Below are positions 1 to 8,866 of a DNA stretch of 64,000 nt, in pieces. The position numbers and the translations under genes are program-made. Origin of the DNA: an uncultured Bacilli bacterium (GTDB lineage Bacteria > Bacillota_I > Bacilli_A > RFN20 > CAG-826); contig CALVUI010000001.1 of NCBI GenBank assembly GCA_944363565.1, positions 337,676 through 401,675 of the forward strand, given 5' to 3'. Positions within the stretch are counted from its first letter, which is position 1, and the number at the start of each line of letters is the position of its first letter. The notes under the pieces were generated by a model. It was not told where the DNA came from and ran no database searches. It was given only the letters and a program-made list of their open reading frames with translations.

Positions 1-850
1 ATTGAATAATAGCCGGGGCGTTTGCCGAACCCTGGCGGCTGCCGTTGATCCTGAAGTCGGTGACCCCTTCCAATTTGCTGAGGGAATTTTGGTTTTTAAA
101 ATGGAAAGAAGAATCCGAACTAGTCGTCTGAGAAGCCCCAAGCACTATGTTTTTGGTAGTCTGCACGAGTATGGCCTCTTGGAGCAGGTAAACGCCGCGT
201 CCGGGCATGTATAGATTCGAATCCACCCTGTTGATGTCGCCGCCGACGAATCCGCGGGCTTCCGCGCAGACGTCCGCGTTCTTGGCGTAATAGACGCCGC
301 TCATGTCCGGAAGGAATATGTCGCTGAAAACGACGCCGTTTATCGTCCCGCCCGAGAGTAGGTTCTTGGCGTTCTTGGCGATTCCGCACTCCAAAAGCGG
401 CAAATTCCTGGAGAAAAATGGCTTCGCCGTGCCGCCAATGCCTACTGCAATTTTTGTGATGGTGCCGAACAGAACGCTGTATGTCCCAGGGCCGTGCGCG
501 ATGAATTTGTGCTCGTTTTGCGAAACGGCTCTCCTCGTGCTTGCGTAGATCTCGGCAAGCGACAGCTCGTCGTTGTCCGATATGCGCAGGCGCAGCCAAA
601 TAAAGATGCGGGTCGTCGAAAAGGACGAGAAATCGACTTTCACCTCCGTGTTCTCCTCTATCTCGACGAGGCGTCCGCAAACGCACGCGATTCCGCTTTT
701 TATCGTCAGGGTATTGCCGGAAAGCGAGCAGTTCATTGAGTTGAAGACGCCGTCGAGGATCCCGTCCCCGAGCACGGAATAGGCCATCGCCGCGTCGTGG
801 TAAGCCTCCACCGCGTCGCTGTTGTTTTTTCTTATGAGCTTCAATGCCAT
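1..850 (-). CDS. Phage tail protein (baseplate or receptor-binding candidate), 3' end cut by the window edge. Missing from the ORF track because there is no stop in the window
   Basis: Hand translation of the minus strand from ATG at 850 (AGGAGG 9 nt upstream) is open through position 1 (MALKLIRKNNSDAVEAYHDAAMAY...). Codon usage matches its neighbours. It sits directly downstream of the tail genes. Confidence 0.55.
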   Translation of the reverse strand, partial: MALKLIRKNNSDAVEAYHDAAMAYSVLGDGILDGVFNSMNCSLSGNTLTIKSGIACVCGRLVEIEENTEVKVDFSSFSTTRIFIWLRLRISDNDELSLAEIYASTRRAVSQNEHKFIAHGPGTYSVLFGTITKIAVGIGGTAKPFFSRNLPLLECGIAKNAKNLLSGGTINGVVFSDIFLPDMSGVYYAKNADVCAEARGFVGGDINRVDSNLYMPGRGVYLLQEAILVQTTKNIVLGASQTTSSDSSFHFKNQNSLSKLEGVTDFRINGSRQGSANAPAIIQ

Positions 851-863
851 CGTTTCTTGCCTC

Positions 864-1910
864 CTATTCCATGAACCAGTAATCGCTTAGCCGCCCGAGC
901 GACAGCGTCTTGTTTCCTTTTGAGTCTTCCTTGATGGAAAACACCGGAAGCCTCTTCGCGGTGTCCGGGTCGGCCGGGTTGTATTCGCTGACGTTGAGGA
1001 AGTAAGTGAAATCGACGTCCCTCAGCGTCGAGCCGAGCTTCGTGTTCAAGTCGATCGTCGCCTTGTCCTTGTATCGGTTGTCGAGCAGGGTTTGCATGGC
1101 CTCGGCCTTGGCTTCCTCGAAATCCTCTTTCTCGATGGTCTCTATCCTCGGCGGGTAGAGGCATCTGTCAGCGTCGTAGGCCGTCCCTACGGTGTTGTCG
1201 CTATAGAGGTAATAGGCCTGCGTGCTCCCTGACTCGGATCTCGCCACCGTCCTGTTCACGAGGTTTTGGTTGAGCGTCATGCGGACGTCGTAGTCGCTCA
1301 GCTTGATGTTTCTTTCGTTGTATATCCTCTTGACGGTGAACGTGAGCCTGTATCTGTTTGCCTCCGAATCCACCTTCGCCCCGGGGACGACGACCAAGTC
1401 GTAGGCGTTGTTGGCCGCCTGTATCACGTCGTATAGGCTTTGGACCTTCTTGGTCCTGGCGAGCAGGTCCTCCTCCCACTCGACGAGCTCCGCCTCCTTG
1501 ATGTCGATGTCGTAGTCTATCCCGATGTTCATTCCGGCTAGGCAATCCTTCAGAAGATACGTATAAAGCCCTTCGACCGTCCTGATGGAGTAGGCACCTG
1601 AGCTTGTCTTCTGCGTGAAATCGAGGAGTATCGTCTGATTGAAGATCTGGCGGCAGTCGACTCCCTTCACCGTCGTCAGGTTCTCCTTGGTCGTCGGTAT
1701 CCCGCAGAACGCCACGTATTTGAGCTTCCCCGTTTCCTCATGCAGCCCGACGAAGCATGCCTTCCTTGAGTTCTCGAATCCCCTACAGGTGACCGTCATC
1801 TCGTCGAACTCGTATGCCTTCCTGGTCAGCGTCCATTCGCTGGCCACATGCTGGGTCCATTTGCCCAATGGGTTGAAATTCCTGTCGTATAGGCAAGCGA
1901 AGCCGCTCAT
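864..1910 (-). CDS. Phage tail protein (Tal/baseplate-hub-like)
   Basis: 348 aa. Start at 1910 overlaps the upstream stop as ATGA. Follows the Dit-like gene and the tape measure in a siphovirus tail module. Confidence 0.5.
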   Translation of the reverse strand: MSGFACLYDRNFNPLGKWTQHVASEWTLTRKAYEFDEMTVTCRGFENSRKACFVGLHEETGKLKYVAFCGIPTTKENLTTVKGVDCRQIFNQTILLDFTQKTSSGAYSIRTVEGLYTYLLKDCLAGMNIGIDYDIDIKEAELVEWEEDLLARTKKVQSLYDVIQAANNAYDLVVVPGAKVDSEANRYRLTFTVKRIYNERNIKLSDYDVRMTLNQNLVNRTVARSESGSTQAYYLYSDNTVGTAYDADRCLYPPRIETIEKEDFEEAKAEAMQTLLDNRYKDKATIDLNTKLGSTLRDVDFTYFLNVSEYNPADPDTAKRLPVFSIKEDSKGNKTLSLGRLSDYWFME

Positions 1911-2839
1911 AGCGTGTACCTCACGTAATAGACCTCGCACCTGGACGCTTCATCCTCCAGCGATGCCGCGATCTTGCTTTTCCCTGATTTTGCGAACAGG
2001 AACGAGTCGTAGGACTTGTCGACGCTGTTGAATAGGTCCTCCACAGTCTTCGCCCCGGTCGACGCGCTGACCGTCTCCTTGTATATCCTGTTGTTGAAGG
2101 CATCGATCACGATGCTCTCGTTCTCCTCTATGGAAAGACCTATGTTGAACTGGACCCTTCCGTATACGTCCCCGGTCGACCCCTCATCGTTGACCTCGGA
2201 AATATTGACGAATGGGTTCTCCATCGGCCCTCTTAGCGTGATCTTGAGCGGAATCGGCTTCAGGTACCCATTCTCGATCACGTTGGACGAGCTGTAGGCC
2301 CCGCCTCCGTAGAAATACGGATAGACGTAGTTGTAGATCTTGCCCCTGTTGGTGTCGTTCACCATGATGGAATTGACAGTCTCCTCGTAAAACGGGGAGA
2401 GCGGCTGCGCCGTGAGCTCGGCGCTGACCACGAGGTCGTCCCTTCCCTTCAGCTCCAAATCGATGACGGAAAGGTCCACGAACCTTCGGACCTGGGACAG
2501 CTCGTAGCTGAACCTGATCCTGTATTTCTCGAGGTCGTTGTACCTGGCAAGCCAGTCGAGGAACGTCTTGTACTTGTAATAAGCGCCGGACCCTTTCCAC
2601 ATCAGCGTGATCTTTATGTTCTTTTTCTTGATCGTCTGCTTGAGCACGTAGTCGATCGTGTCGCCGGCGACGACGTCGATCTCCTGCTTGAAGCCGAGGC
2701 CGGACGGGAAAAGGGTGAAGTCCATCTCCGGCTTCGACGGGGCGCCGCCCGAGATTACCTGCTCCTTCGTCTCCGCGGAAGTGACGTCGAACTCGAAGGT
2801 AGGGACGATGCTGTCGGCGACGATGTATTCGTATCTCAT
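1907..2839 (-). CDS. Phage distal tail protein (Dit-like)
   Basis: 310 aa, immediately downstream of the tape measure gene. Synteny-based call. Confidence 0.5.
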   Translation of the reverse strand: MRYEYIVADSIVPTFEFDVTSAETKEQVISGGAPSKPEMDFTLFPSGLGFKQEIDVVAGDTIDYVLKQTIKKKNIKITLMWKGSGAYYKYKTFLDWLARYNDLEKYRIRFSYELSQVRRFVDLSVIDLELKGRDDLVVSAELTAQPLSPFYEETVNSIMVNDTNRGKIYNYVYPYFYGGGAYSSSNVIENGYLKPIPLKITLRGPMENPFVNISEVNDEGSTGDVYGRVQFNIGLSIEENESIVIDAFNNRIYKETVSASTGAKTVEDLFNSVDKSYDSFLFAKSGKSKIAASLEDEASRCEVYYVRYTL

Positions 2840-2840
2840 C

Positions 2841-4313
2841 CTAACCTCCTATCTGGACGCGCTTCTTCTCGTTGATCCGCTCGATGACCTCGTCCGCGTC
2901 CACGTCGTTCGAGATCTCGTTGTTCATCGTCGAGTAATCGTAGTAATAGTTGTTCACCATGCTGGACGAATTGTCCACGTTTCCAGTGGAATCGGCGACG
3001 GAGACGTTTTCCATCAGCTCGCCCGACGAGCTGACGATGCCGGATTCCTGATAATCGCCGAGCTCGTACCCCTGTTCTTTCTGCGGCGAGGTGAGCGCCG
3101 ACACGACCCCGGCGGCTATCCCGGCGACGGCGGCGAGGACGGTGAAGACCAACGCGCCCATCGCGATGTTCCCCGAGGCGACGTGCAGCGCCCCGAGAAG
3201 CGATATGACGCCCGGCAGGATACTCATCAGGGCCATGAACACGACTATCGCGGACTGGATAGGGGCGCCGAGCGACGCAAACGCCTGGCCGATTCCGCCG
3301 AGGATCGGGGCGATGGTCTTGATGATGCTTACTATCGATTCGATCATCGGCTTGAGGCTGGTCCCCAACGTCGCGACGAGCTTCACGATGCTTTGCTTCA
3401 GGTAATCGAACGTATCCTGAAGCGCGGCGCCGTTTGCGACCTCCTCGTTGGTTAGGACGCCGGCTTCCCGGAGCTCCTCGTTCCACTTGTCTATGGATTC
3501 GGCCCCGGTCCCCGCCATCTGGGCCATGTAGGTCCCGACGTTCGCGCCGAAAAGCGCGACGGCCACCGATTGCCGCGTGGCTTCGTCTCCGATTGCCGAA
3601 AGAGCTGATAGGTATATCTGAAGGGCCTCTGCGGAGGTTTTCCCCTGAAGGTCGTCGAACGTGAGCCCCAGCTGCTCAAGGACGGTTCCCGTCTTCGAGG
3701 ATTCCTTCTGGACCTGCCCCTGGACCGACGTGACGGCGCTGAGCACCGATTCGTATGCGCTTGCGTCCCCCGTCAGCTTGTCCCAGGCGTTCGACTGGTA
3801 CTGCCATTCCTCGGCTGTGCCCCCGAACTTATCGACCTTCTTCTGTATTTCGTCGGCCGATGCCGCGAAGGCGACGCCGATCGACACCACGCCGGCGAGT
3901 ATCCCGGCGCACACCTTGCTCGTTTTCTCCAGATTCTTTTGAAGCTTCGAGAAATCGGTTTTGTTCGCTTTGTCCAGTTCTTTCTGAAGGGACTTTTGCG
4001 ACGCTTCGGTCTTGAGTATCTCGTTTTGTAGCTTTTGGTACTGGGGCGTCAGTTTGGCTTCCGGGCCGTTCTTCTCGACCAGGACGTCCTGCTGCTCCTT
4101 GAGAAGGCGGAGCTTCTTCGAGCAAGCGTCGACCTGGATGCCCAGTTCCTTATATCTCGCCTCTGCGAGCCTGGTGTCGGAAGGGTCGAGCTTCATGGCT
4201 TTCTTTAGACCCGATGCCTCTTTGGCTGCCGATTTAATCTGCGATTCGACGGACTTTAGTTCGGCTTTTATGTCTTTTAGATCGCGTGTGATTTCTATTC
4301 CGCTTGATGCCAT
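2841..4313 (-). CDS. Tail tape measure protein
   Basis: 490 aa. N-terminal coiled coil (K/E/Q-rich) and central Gly/Ala-rich transmembrane-like segments. Lies between the chaperone genes and the distal tail genes. Confidence 0.75.
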   Translation of the reverse strand: MASSGIEITRDLKDIKAELKSVESQIKSAAKEASGLKKAMKLDPSDTRLAEARYKELGIQVDACSKKLRLLKEQQDVLVEKNGPEAKLTPQYQKLQNEILKTEASQKSLQKELDKANKTDFSKLQKNLEKTSKVCAGILAGVVSIGVAFAASADEIQKKVDKFGGTAEEWQYQSNAWDKLTGDASAYESVLSAVTSVQGQVQKESSKTGTVLEQLGLTFDDLQGKTSAEALQIYLSALSAIGDEATRQSVAVALFGANVGTYMAQMAGTGAESIDKWNEELREAGVLTNEEVANGAALQDTFDYLKQSIVKLVATLGTSLKPMIESIVSIIKTIAPILGGIGQAFASLGAPIQSAIVVFMALMSILPGVISLLGALHVASGNIAMGALVFTVLAAVAGIAAGVVSALTSPQKEQGYELGDYQESGIVSSSGELMENVSVADSTGNVDNSSSMVNNYYYDYSTMNNEISNDVDADEVIERINEKKRVQIGG

Positions 4314-4314
4314 T

Positions 4315-4734
4315 TCACTTTTCCTCCTTTCCGTTTGCGATTTGGTTCGCCAATTCCTTCCAGCGCACGTTTATCGCCGTGTCCATCCCTCTTAGCAGGC
4401 TGACCGACACGTCGATGAAATGCGTTCCGGATATGATGATTCCGCTTGGGTTCACGAATCCGCGGTTGAGCGAATTCGCGATCACCTGGTAGGGCCTGCC
4501 TTTGCTGTCGTACCCGTCGTAGACGATCTGGTATCCGACTTTGGTGGTTTTGGGTCCTTTATATACCTTTAGCCGGAGCGAGGCCTTCAGTTCCCCCGTT
4601 TCCCCCGCCGGTGTCTTCTCCTTTAGGGACTCGAGCACCTTCTTTGAATACTCGAGGAGGACCTCTTCTACCGATTTGGTGGCCGCTTCCTTTAGCGCCT
4701 CCCCCATCTTGCAGAAGCTCTCTTCCCAGCTCAT
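4315..4734 (-). CDS. Hypothetical phage protein
   Basis: 139 aa ORF between the chaperone T segment and the tape measure gene. Tightly packed. Confidence 0.45.
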   Translation of the reverse strand: MSWEESFCKMGEALKEAATKSVEEVLLEYSKKVLESLKEKTPAGETGELKASLRLKVYKGPKTTKVGYQIVYDGYDSKGRPYQVIANSLNRGFVNPSGIIISGTHFIDVSVSLLRGMDTAINVRWKELANQIANGKEEK

Positions 4735-4958
4735 GGTTGCCTCCTACCGAGGAGCTCATCGAGGTTCCTCTCGGTGAACACCTTGCCAGGCTTGGTTTTT
4801 CTTCTGCCGGAATCCCTTCTGTTCCTGAAGAAGGCTAAGTAGCCGTTGAGATCCTTCAGCGACCATGCGTCGTAGAAATCGGGAGGCAGCCGGCAGGTGT
4901 AGAAGGCATAGACGATCATGTAGGAGGTCTTCTCACCAGGCCGGAGACCTCCCATCAT
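4731..4958 (-). CDS. Tail assembly chaperone T segment, expressed as a G-T fusion by a -1 programmed frameshift
   Basis: 75 aa ORF in the -1 frame relative to the upstream chaperone. Slippery heptamer A_AAA_AAC (rc of + strand 4961-4967 gtttttt) sits in the last codons of the upstream gene. Confidence 0.5.
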   Translation of the reverse strand: MMGGLRPGEKTSYMIVYAFYTCRLPPDFYDAWSLKDLNGYLAFFRNRRDSGRRKTKPGKVFTERNLDELLGRRQP

Positions 4959-5266
4959 TGGTTTTTTAGGGCATTCCCCCCTTCCCCGTTCATTAGCCGG
5001 TTGATGGCAGCGTAGAAGGAGCTGCCTGCGTCCATCATGTCCGCATATTCGATTTCGTCGATAATCTCGTCGGTCGGCTTTTCCCTGGCTTCTTTGTCCG
5101 CGGCCATTCGGAAGGCGACGTAAAGATAGCCAAGCGTCGTCAACGACCCAGGGTTATCCTGTACCTCCTTAACCAAATCCTTTCCGCCAGAAACCTTCGG
5201 GAACCACTTGACGATGGCGCTGACGGCGTTGCATAACCGGTGGCCCCGGTATTCTTCCGTTACCAT
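4955..5266 (-). CDS. Tail assembly chaperone (G-like)
   Basis: 103 aa, between the major tail and tape measure genes. Ends ...ALKNQ, with the slippery site inside those codons. Confidence 0.6.
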   Translation of the reverse strand: MVTEEYRGHRLCNAVSAIVKWFPKVSGGKDLVKEVQDNPGSLTTLGYLYVAFRMAADKEAREKPTDEIIDEIEYADMMDAGSSFYAAINRLMNGEGGNALKNQ

Positions 5267-5268
5267 TT

Positions 5269-5877
5269 CTAGCCTCCGACGCCGGTTTCAACCGGGATGT
5301 AAAGGTCGCTGGATTTCGGCTCGGTTCCCTCGGCGATGTATCCGGTATTCCCTTCGAACACCAAGGCGCCGCCCGTTTTCTCCCCGTTCACCGTAATGAG
5401 TTTGGCGAAGAACTCGATCGAAGTTGTCTTCGGCGAATCCCCGTCCTGATCGGCATCGAGGTTCACGGGCTTGAATTCGCAATCGTATAGCCAGGCGTTG
5501 TATTTCTTGCCTTTTTCGTTCTTACCGCGGTAGAAGACGCAGATCTGCGATTCCCCGGAATCCTTGTTAGCCGTAAGGGAGAGGTTTCCGTTCGCGTCCT
5601 TGGTGAATGACGTGATCAAGTCCAAGGCCTCCGCGTCGATTCCGTAGAAGGTGATCGTGCCGTTATACCCCTTGACCACGGTGTCTTTCTCCTGGACGTT
5701 GTCGGCGGCGTAGGTCTTCTCGACGACTTCCGGCTGGAGGGTGATGTTGATATTGTTGATCTCCGCCTCGCTCGCCTTCTTAGTCAAGAACGGCAGGGCG
5801 GTCGAATCGAGCGTCGGCGCGCCCGTATCAGTGTCGAATCCCGTGATCCTGAATAGTCTTACTTGCTCAAAAGCCAT
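5269..5877 (-). CDS. Major tail protein
   Basis: 202 aa, first gene of the tail operon upstream of the chaperones. TP901-1-like size and position. Confidence 0.6.
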   Translation of the reverse strand: MAFEQVRLFRITGFDTDTGAPTLDSTALPFLTKKASEAEINNINITLQPEVVEKTYAADNVQEKDTVVKGYNGTITFYGIDAEALDLITSFTKDANGNLSLTANKDSGESQICVFYRGKNEKGKKYNAWLYDCEFKPVNLDADQDGDSPKTTSIEFFAKLITVNGEKTGGALVFEGNTGYIAEGTEPKSSDLYIPVETGVGG

Positions 5878-5888
5878 TTTGTTTTCTC

Positions 5889-6311
5889 CTATCTGAGCCT
5901 TTTCTTTATGTCGTACGAGAGATGCTCAATCTCGTTGCTTTCGTCGTAGCTGTCGGTGCTCTTGACCTCCATCCTGTAGCCTTTCGCGAACGCCGATTCC
6001 TCGATTGCCGAAACGATATCCATCACTCCGGAGGAGGTCCTGTCGTCCTTGGTGAATACGTCGATAGATGCGCTTACGATCTGCGAATGTGGCTCCCCAT
6101 CCGCTGAGCCCGCCTCGGTCACGTAGTAGCATTCATAGGTGATGAAGGTATCCTCCTCGGGCAGCGCCGAAGATTTTTTCCTCGCGGGATAGAACAGAAT
6201 CCCGTCCCTATCGGCGCCTAGGCCGTTTTTCAGCCCGGCTCCTTCGAGGATTGCCTTGGTGTCGGCGTAGAGCCTTTTCTGCGCGTCTACCGTCCGCATG
6301 GGCAGTCGCAC
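5889..6311 (-). CDS. Phage tail completion/terminator-like protein
   Basis: 140 aa, positioned between the head-tail joining genes and the major tail gene. Confidence 0.4.
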   Translation of the reverse strand: MRLPMRTVDAQKRLYADTKAILEGAGLKNGLGADRDGILFYPARKKSSALPEEDTFITYECYYVTEAGSADGEPHSQIVSASIDVFTKDDRTSSGVMDIVSAIEESAFAKGYRMEVKSTDSYDESNEIEHLSYDIKKRLR

Positions 6312-6691
6312 TCCTTGCCAACGTATTCAATCGAATCGAACCTGGGCGGCGTGACCGATCGGCACGTCAGCTTCATCTCGGTTCCCTTGAACTCCAACGG
6401 GTCGACGCCGACGATCGCGTAGGTCCTGCCGTCGAACTCGATGTATGAGTCCTGCCGCCTTTCAAGGCTTCTCCGGTAGTTGACGGTCACCTCTATCCGG
6501 TTGTCGGCCTGGACCTCGTTCGAGCTTCCGCGCTCATTGGCCGAAAGCGACCTAACGTATGCGCGGATGTCGGCGTCTTCGTCGTGGAGGTACACTTTCT
6601 TCTTGACGGTTCTTCCGTCCGGCAGCTGTTCGTCAATCCTGCTGAAGATGCGGATAGTCTTGTCTTTGTTCCTTTGTTTATACGAGATCAT
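6287..6691 (-). CDS. Head-tail joining protein
   Basis: 134 aa, position in the HK97-like morphogenesis module. Confidence 0.4.
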   Translation of the reverse strand: MISYKQRNKDKTIRIFSRIDEQLPDGRTVKKKVYLHDEDADIRAYVRSLSANERGSSNEVQADNRIEVTVNYRRSLERRQDSYIEFDGRTYAIVGVDPLEFKGTEMKLTCRSVTPPRFDSIEYVGKECDCPCGR

Positions 6692-7074
6692 CGACGCTCT
6701 CCTTTCACGGTGACGGTGCCGTACTCAAGGTCTTCGTCGGTCGTCGGCTCGGGTTCCTCACCTTCGTAGAGGTTTCCTTCCGAATCGACCAGCGCTTGAA
6801 GCTGTATCACCGACTGGTCAAGTCTTTTGGAGACGTGATCGTCCCCTCCGTACCACACCTGGTAGATATAGTCCCTGGCCGCCCCTTTCGCCGTTTCGTT
6901 GATAGGGTCGTCGGCCGACCAGTCCCGCCCCGTCTTCTGATAGAGGAACTGCGTGGCCTCCCTCGACAGCGATTCGAGCTTCGATCGAGGCTGATAGTCG
7001 CTGTCGAGGTTCAGGAACCCGATGATCTCGTCCGCCGCTAGAAGCGGCTTGGCGATTCTGTAGTCCCTGGCCAT
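6688..7074 (-). CDS. Head-tail connector (gp6-like)
   Basis: 128 aa acidic protein directly downstream of the capsid gene. Confidence 0.45.
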   Translation of the reverse strand: MARDYRIAKPLLAADEIIGFLNLDSDYQPRSKLESLSREATQFLYQKTGRDWSADDPINETAKGAARDYIYQVWYGGDDHVSKRLDQSVIQLQALVDSEGNLYEGEEPEPTTDEDLEYGTVTVKGERR

Positions 7075-7086
7075 GGCCTTCTCCTA

Positions 7087-8214
7087 CTAAGAGGCTTTCG
7101 CCTGGGTTAGGGAAATGACCTCGAAGGCCCCGCTGACGGTAAGGGATCCGCCGAACCACGCTTCCCCGCGGACCGCCAATAGCCCTTCGGCGAACTTGTA
7201 GTCCTCGCTTACGGTGACCTCGAAATCCCCGAAGGTATCGAGTTCGAATGCGCGGAGATACCCGTAAAGCATGTTGGTGAGGCTGTCGACGATCTTGTAT
7301 CGGACCGAGAGGCCGCTGTCCTTGATGATGCCGCCGGCGTTGTTGGCGTCGGGGATGATCTCATAGACGGGCTTCTTCTCGTTGGTCCCGCGGACGTCGC
7401 CAAAGGCGATTAGGTTGTCGCGGGTAAGGAAAAGGGTCGCGATGCCGTTGAATCTCTTCCCGGGCTTGTAGCCGAGGACGATGTTTCGCAAGGTCTTTTC
7501 GCCGATGGCGGTCTCCTTAAGGGTGACCGCGGTTGCGAGCTTGTTGCTGTCTGTGTCGGCGCAGGTAGGGATCTTGCCGATGATGAATTCCTCGGCCGCG
7601 GTCCTCAACGCGCTGGTCGCCGAAGAACGGACTTCGGCGTCGTATTCCAACGGCGTCAGGCGCTTGATGGCGCGGGAGATGTACGAGATGAGGGAGACCG
7701 AGGTCGGCTGGACCTTGATGACCCCGTAGGTATCCTCGGATTCCGTTGGGGAGTTTCCCTCGGTGTGGGCGGAAGCGGTCGCGTTGCTCTTCTTGTAGGC
7801 ATGCGCAACCGTTTCGTTCTGCGCGTAGTTCTTGACGACGACCTCGGACAGGATGCCGAGTTCCCCCTCGGTGTTGTCGTAGATTCCGTCGACCGCGGTC
7901 GGCTTGGCGATTTTGCCGCTCGATAGGAGCGCAGCCCGCTGCTCGCTACGAGTGATGACGGTCTTGTTCGTCTTCATGAGGGACTCAGCCCGCTTTTCGG
8001 CCTCCTCGTCGCCTTTGAGGTCGATTCCGTCGGTGACTTTGAAGGCACCGATCGCCTCGGCGCGTTTCTTTTCGATGATTTGCACCTTTTCCTGTCTTAG
8101 AGACTCAACTTCCTTGTTGAGCTCGTCGATTTGGTCGATCGTGAGGTCCTTTCTGGTTTCTAGCTCGCCTTTGATTTCCTTAAGGCGAGCTTCGATTTCT
8201 TCTAATCTGTTCAT
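7087..8214 (-). CDS. Major capsid protein, HK97 fold, with an N-terminal scaffold-like coiled coil
   Basis: 375 aa. N-terminal ~90 aa heptad-rich (LEEIEARLKEIKGELE...). Downstream of the prohead protease. Confidence 0.7.
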   Translation of the reverse strand: MNRLEEIEARLKEIKGELETRKDLTIDQIDELNKEVESLRQEKVQIIEKKRAEAIGAFKVTDGIDLKGDEEAEKRAESLMKTNKTVITRSEQRAALLSSGKIAKPTAVDGIYDNTEGELGILSEVVVKNYAQNETVAHAYKKSNATASAHTEGNSPTESEDTYGVIKVQPTSVSLISYISRAIKRLTPLEYDAEVRSSATSALRTAAEEFIIGKIPTCADTDSNKLATAVTLKETAIGEKTLRNIVLGYKPGKRFNGIATLFLTRDNLIAFGDVRGTNEKKPVYEIIPDANNAGGIIKDSGLSVRYKIVDSLTNMLYGYLRAFELDTFGDFEVTVSEDYKFAEGLLAVRGEAWFGGSLTVSGAFEVISLTQAKAS

Positions 8215-8227
8215 TTTCTTTTCCTTT

Positions 8228-8866
8228 CTATAGGCTTCTGTTGATTTTTCGGAGGAGCAGCTCTTTCTCAGCGTCTAGCCTCAAGGCCTCCGCCCTGCTT
8301 CTTTCGGCCACCGCCGATTCCAGCCGCCTGGCACTGATGGAGGTGTTCTCATACGCCGGGTGCTCAACTGCCGAAACATCGTAGATCTTTCCGATTTTCC
8401 GGACGTGATAGCATCTCTCCTCCTTGTCGTACGATTCCTCCTTTATGGTAAAGGCGAAGCTCATTCGGTCTAAGAGCCCGCTCTTTACGTCGATGTATGT
8501 CTGCACGCAGCGTGGATTCGCTTTGTCCAATTTGACCAAGCACTCGACGCCGTCGCTCTTTTTCGTGAGTTGAAGGGTTCCGTTCCTCGTTCTGGCCGTG
8601 GCATGGTTTCCATCGCCGTGATTCACGTTGAACACGACGTCGCTGATGTCCGCCTCGTCGAAGCAGTCTGGCTCCATTACCTCAAACACGTCCTCGTCGG
8701 TGAACGGGTTCCGACCGAGTTTTGTCTTTTTGCCGAAGACGATTGGCTTTCCAATCAGTTCATAATACCCGTCGTCTTTGTTATCCGCCCCTTGCTCAGG
8801 AGAGGCCTCCCTTAGTTCTAATCCGCAAAGGCGTATTTCCCTTTCATTTCTTTTCTTTGTTTCCAT
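8228..8866 (-). CDS. Prohead maturation protease (HK97 / S78 family)
   Basis: 212 aa, sits between portal and capsid. Motifs VFNVNHGDG and FGKK are typical. Confidence 0.7.
   Translation of the reverse strand: METKKRNEREIRLCGLELREASPEQGADNKDDGYYELIGKPIVFGKKTKLGRNPFTDEDVFEVMEPDCFDEADISDVVFNVNHGDGNHATARTRNGTLQLTKKSDGVECLVKLDKANPRCVQTYIDVKSGLLDRMSFAFTIKEESYDKEERCYHVRKIGKIYDVSAVEHPAYENTSISARRLESAVAERSRAEALRLDAEKELLLRKINRSL

Noticed and set aside
120-686. 188 aa minus-strand ORF and overlapping plus-strand ORFs (303..548, 494..739, 573..782)
   Set aside because: Arg/Gly/His-rich, low-complexity shadow frames of the genuine minus-strand tail gene 1..850 typical of high-GC DNA
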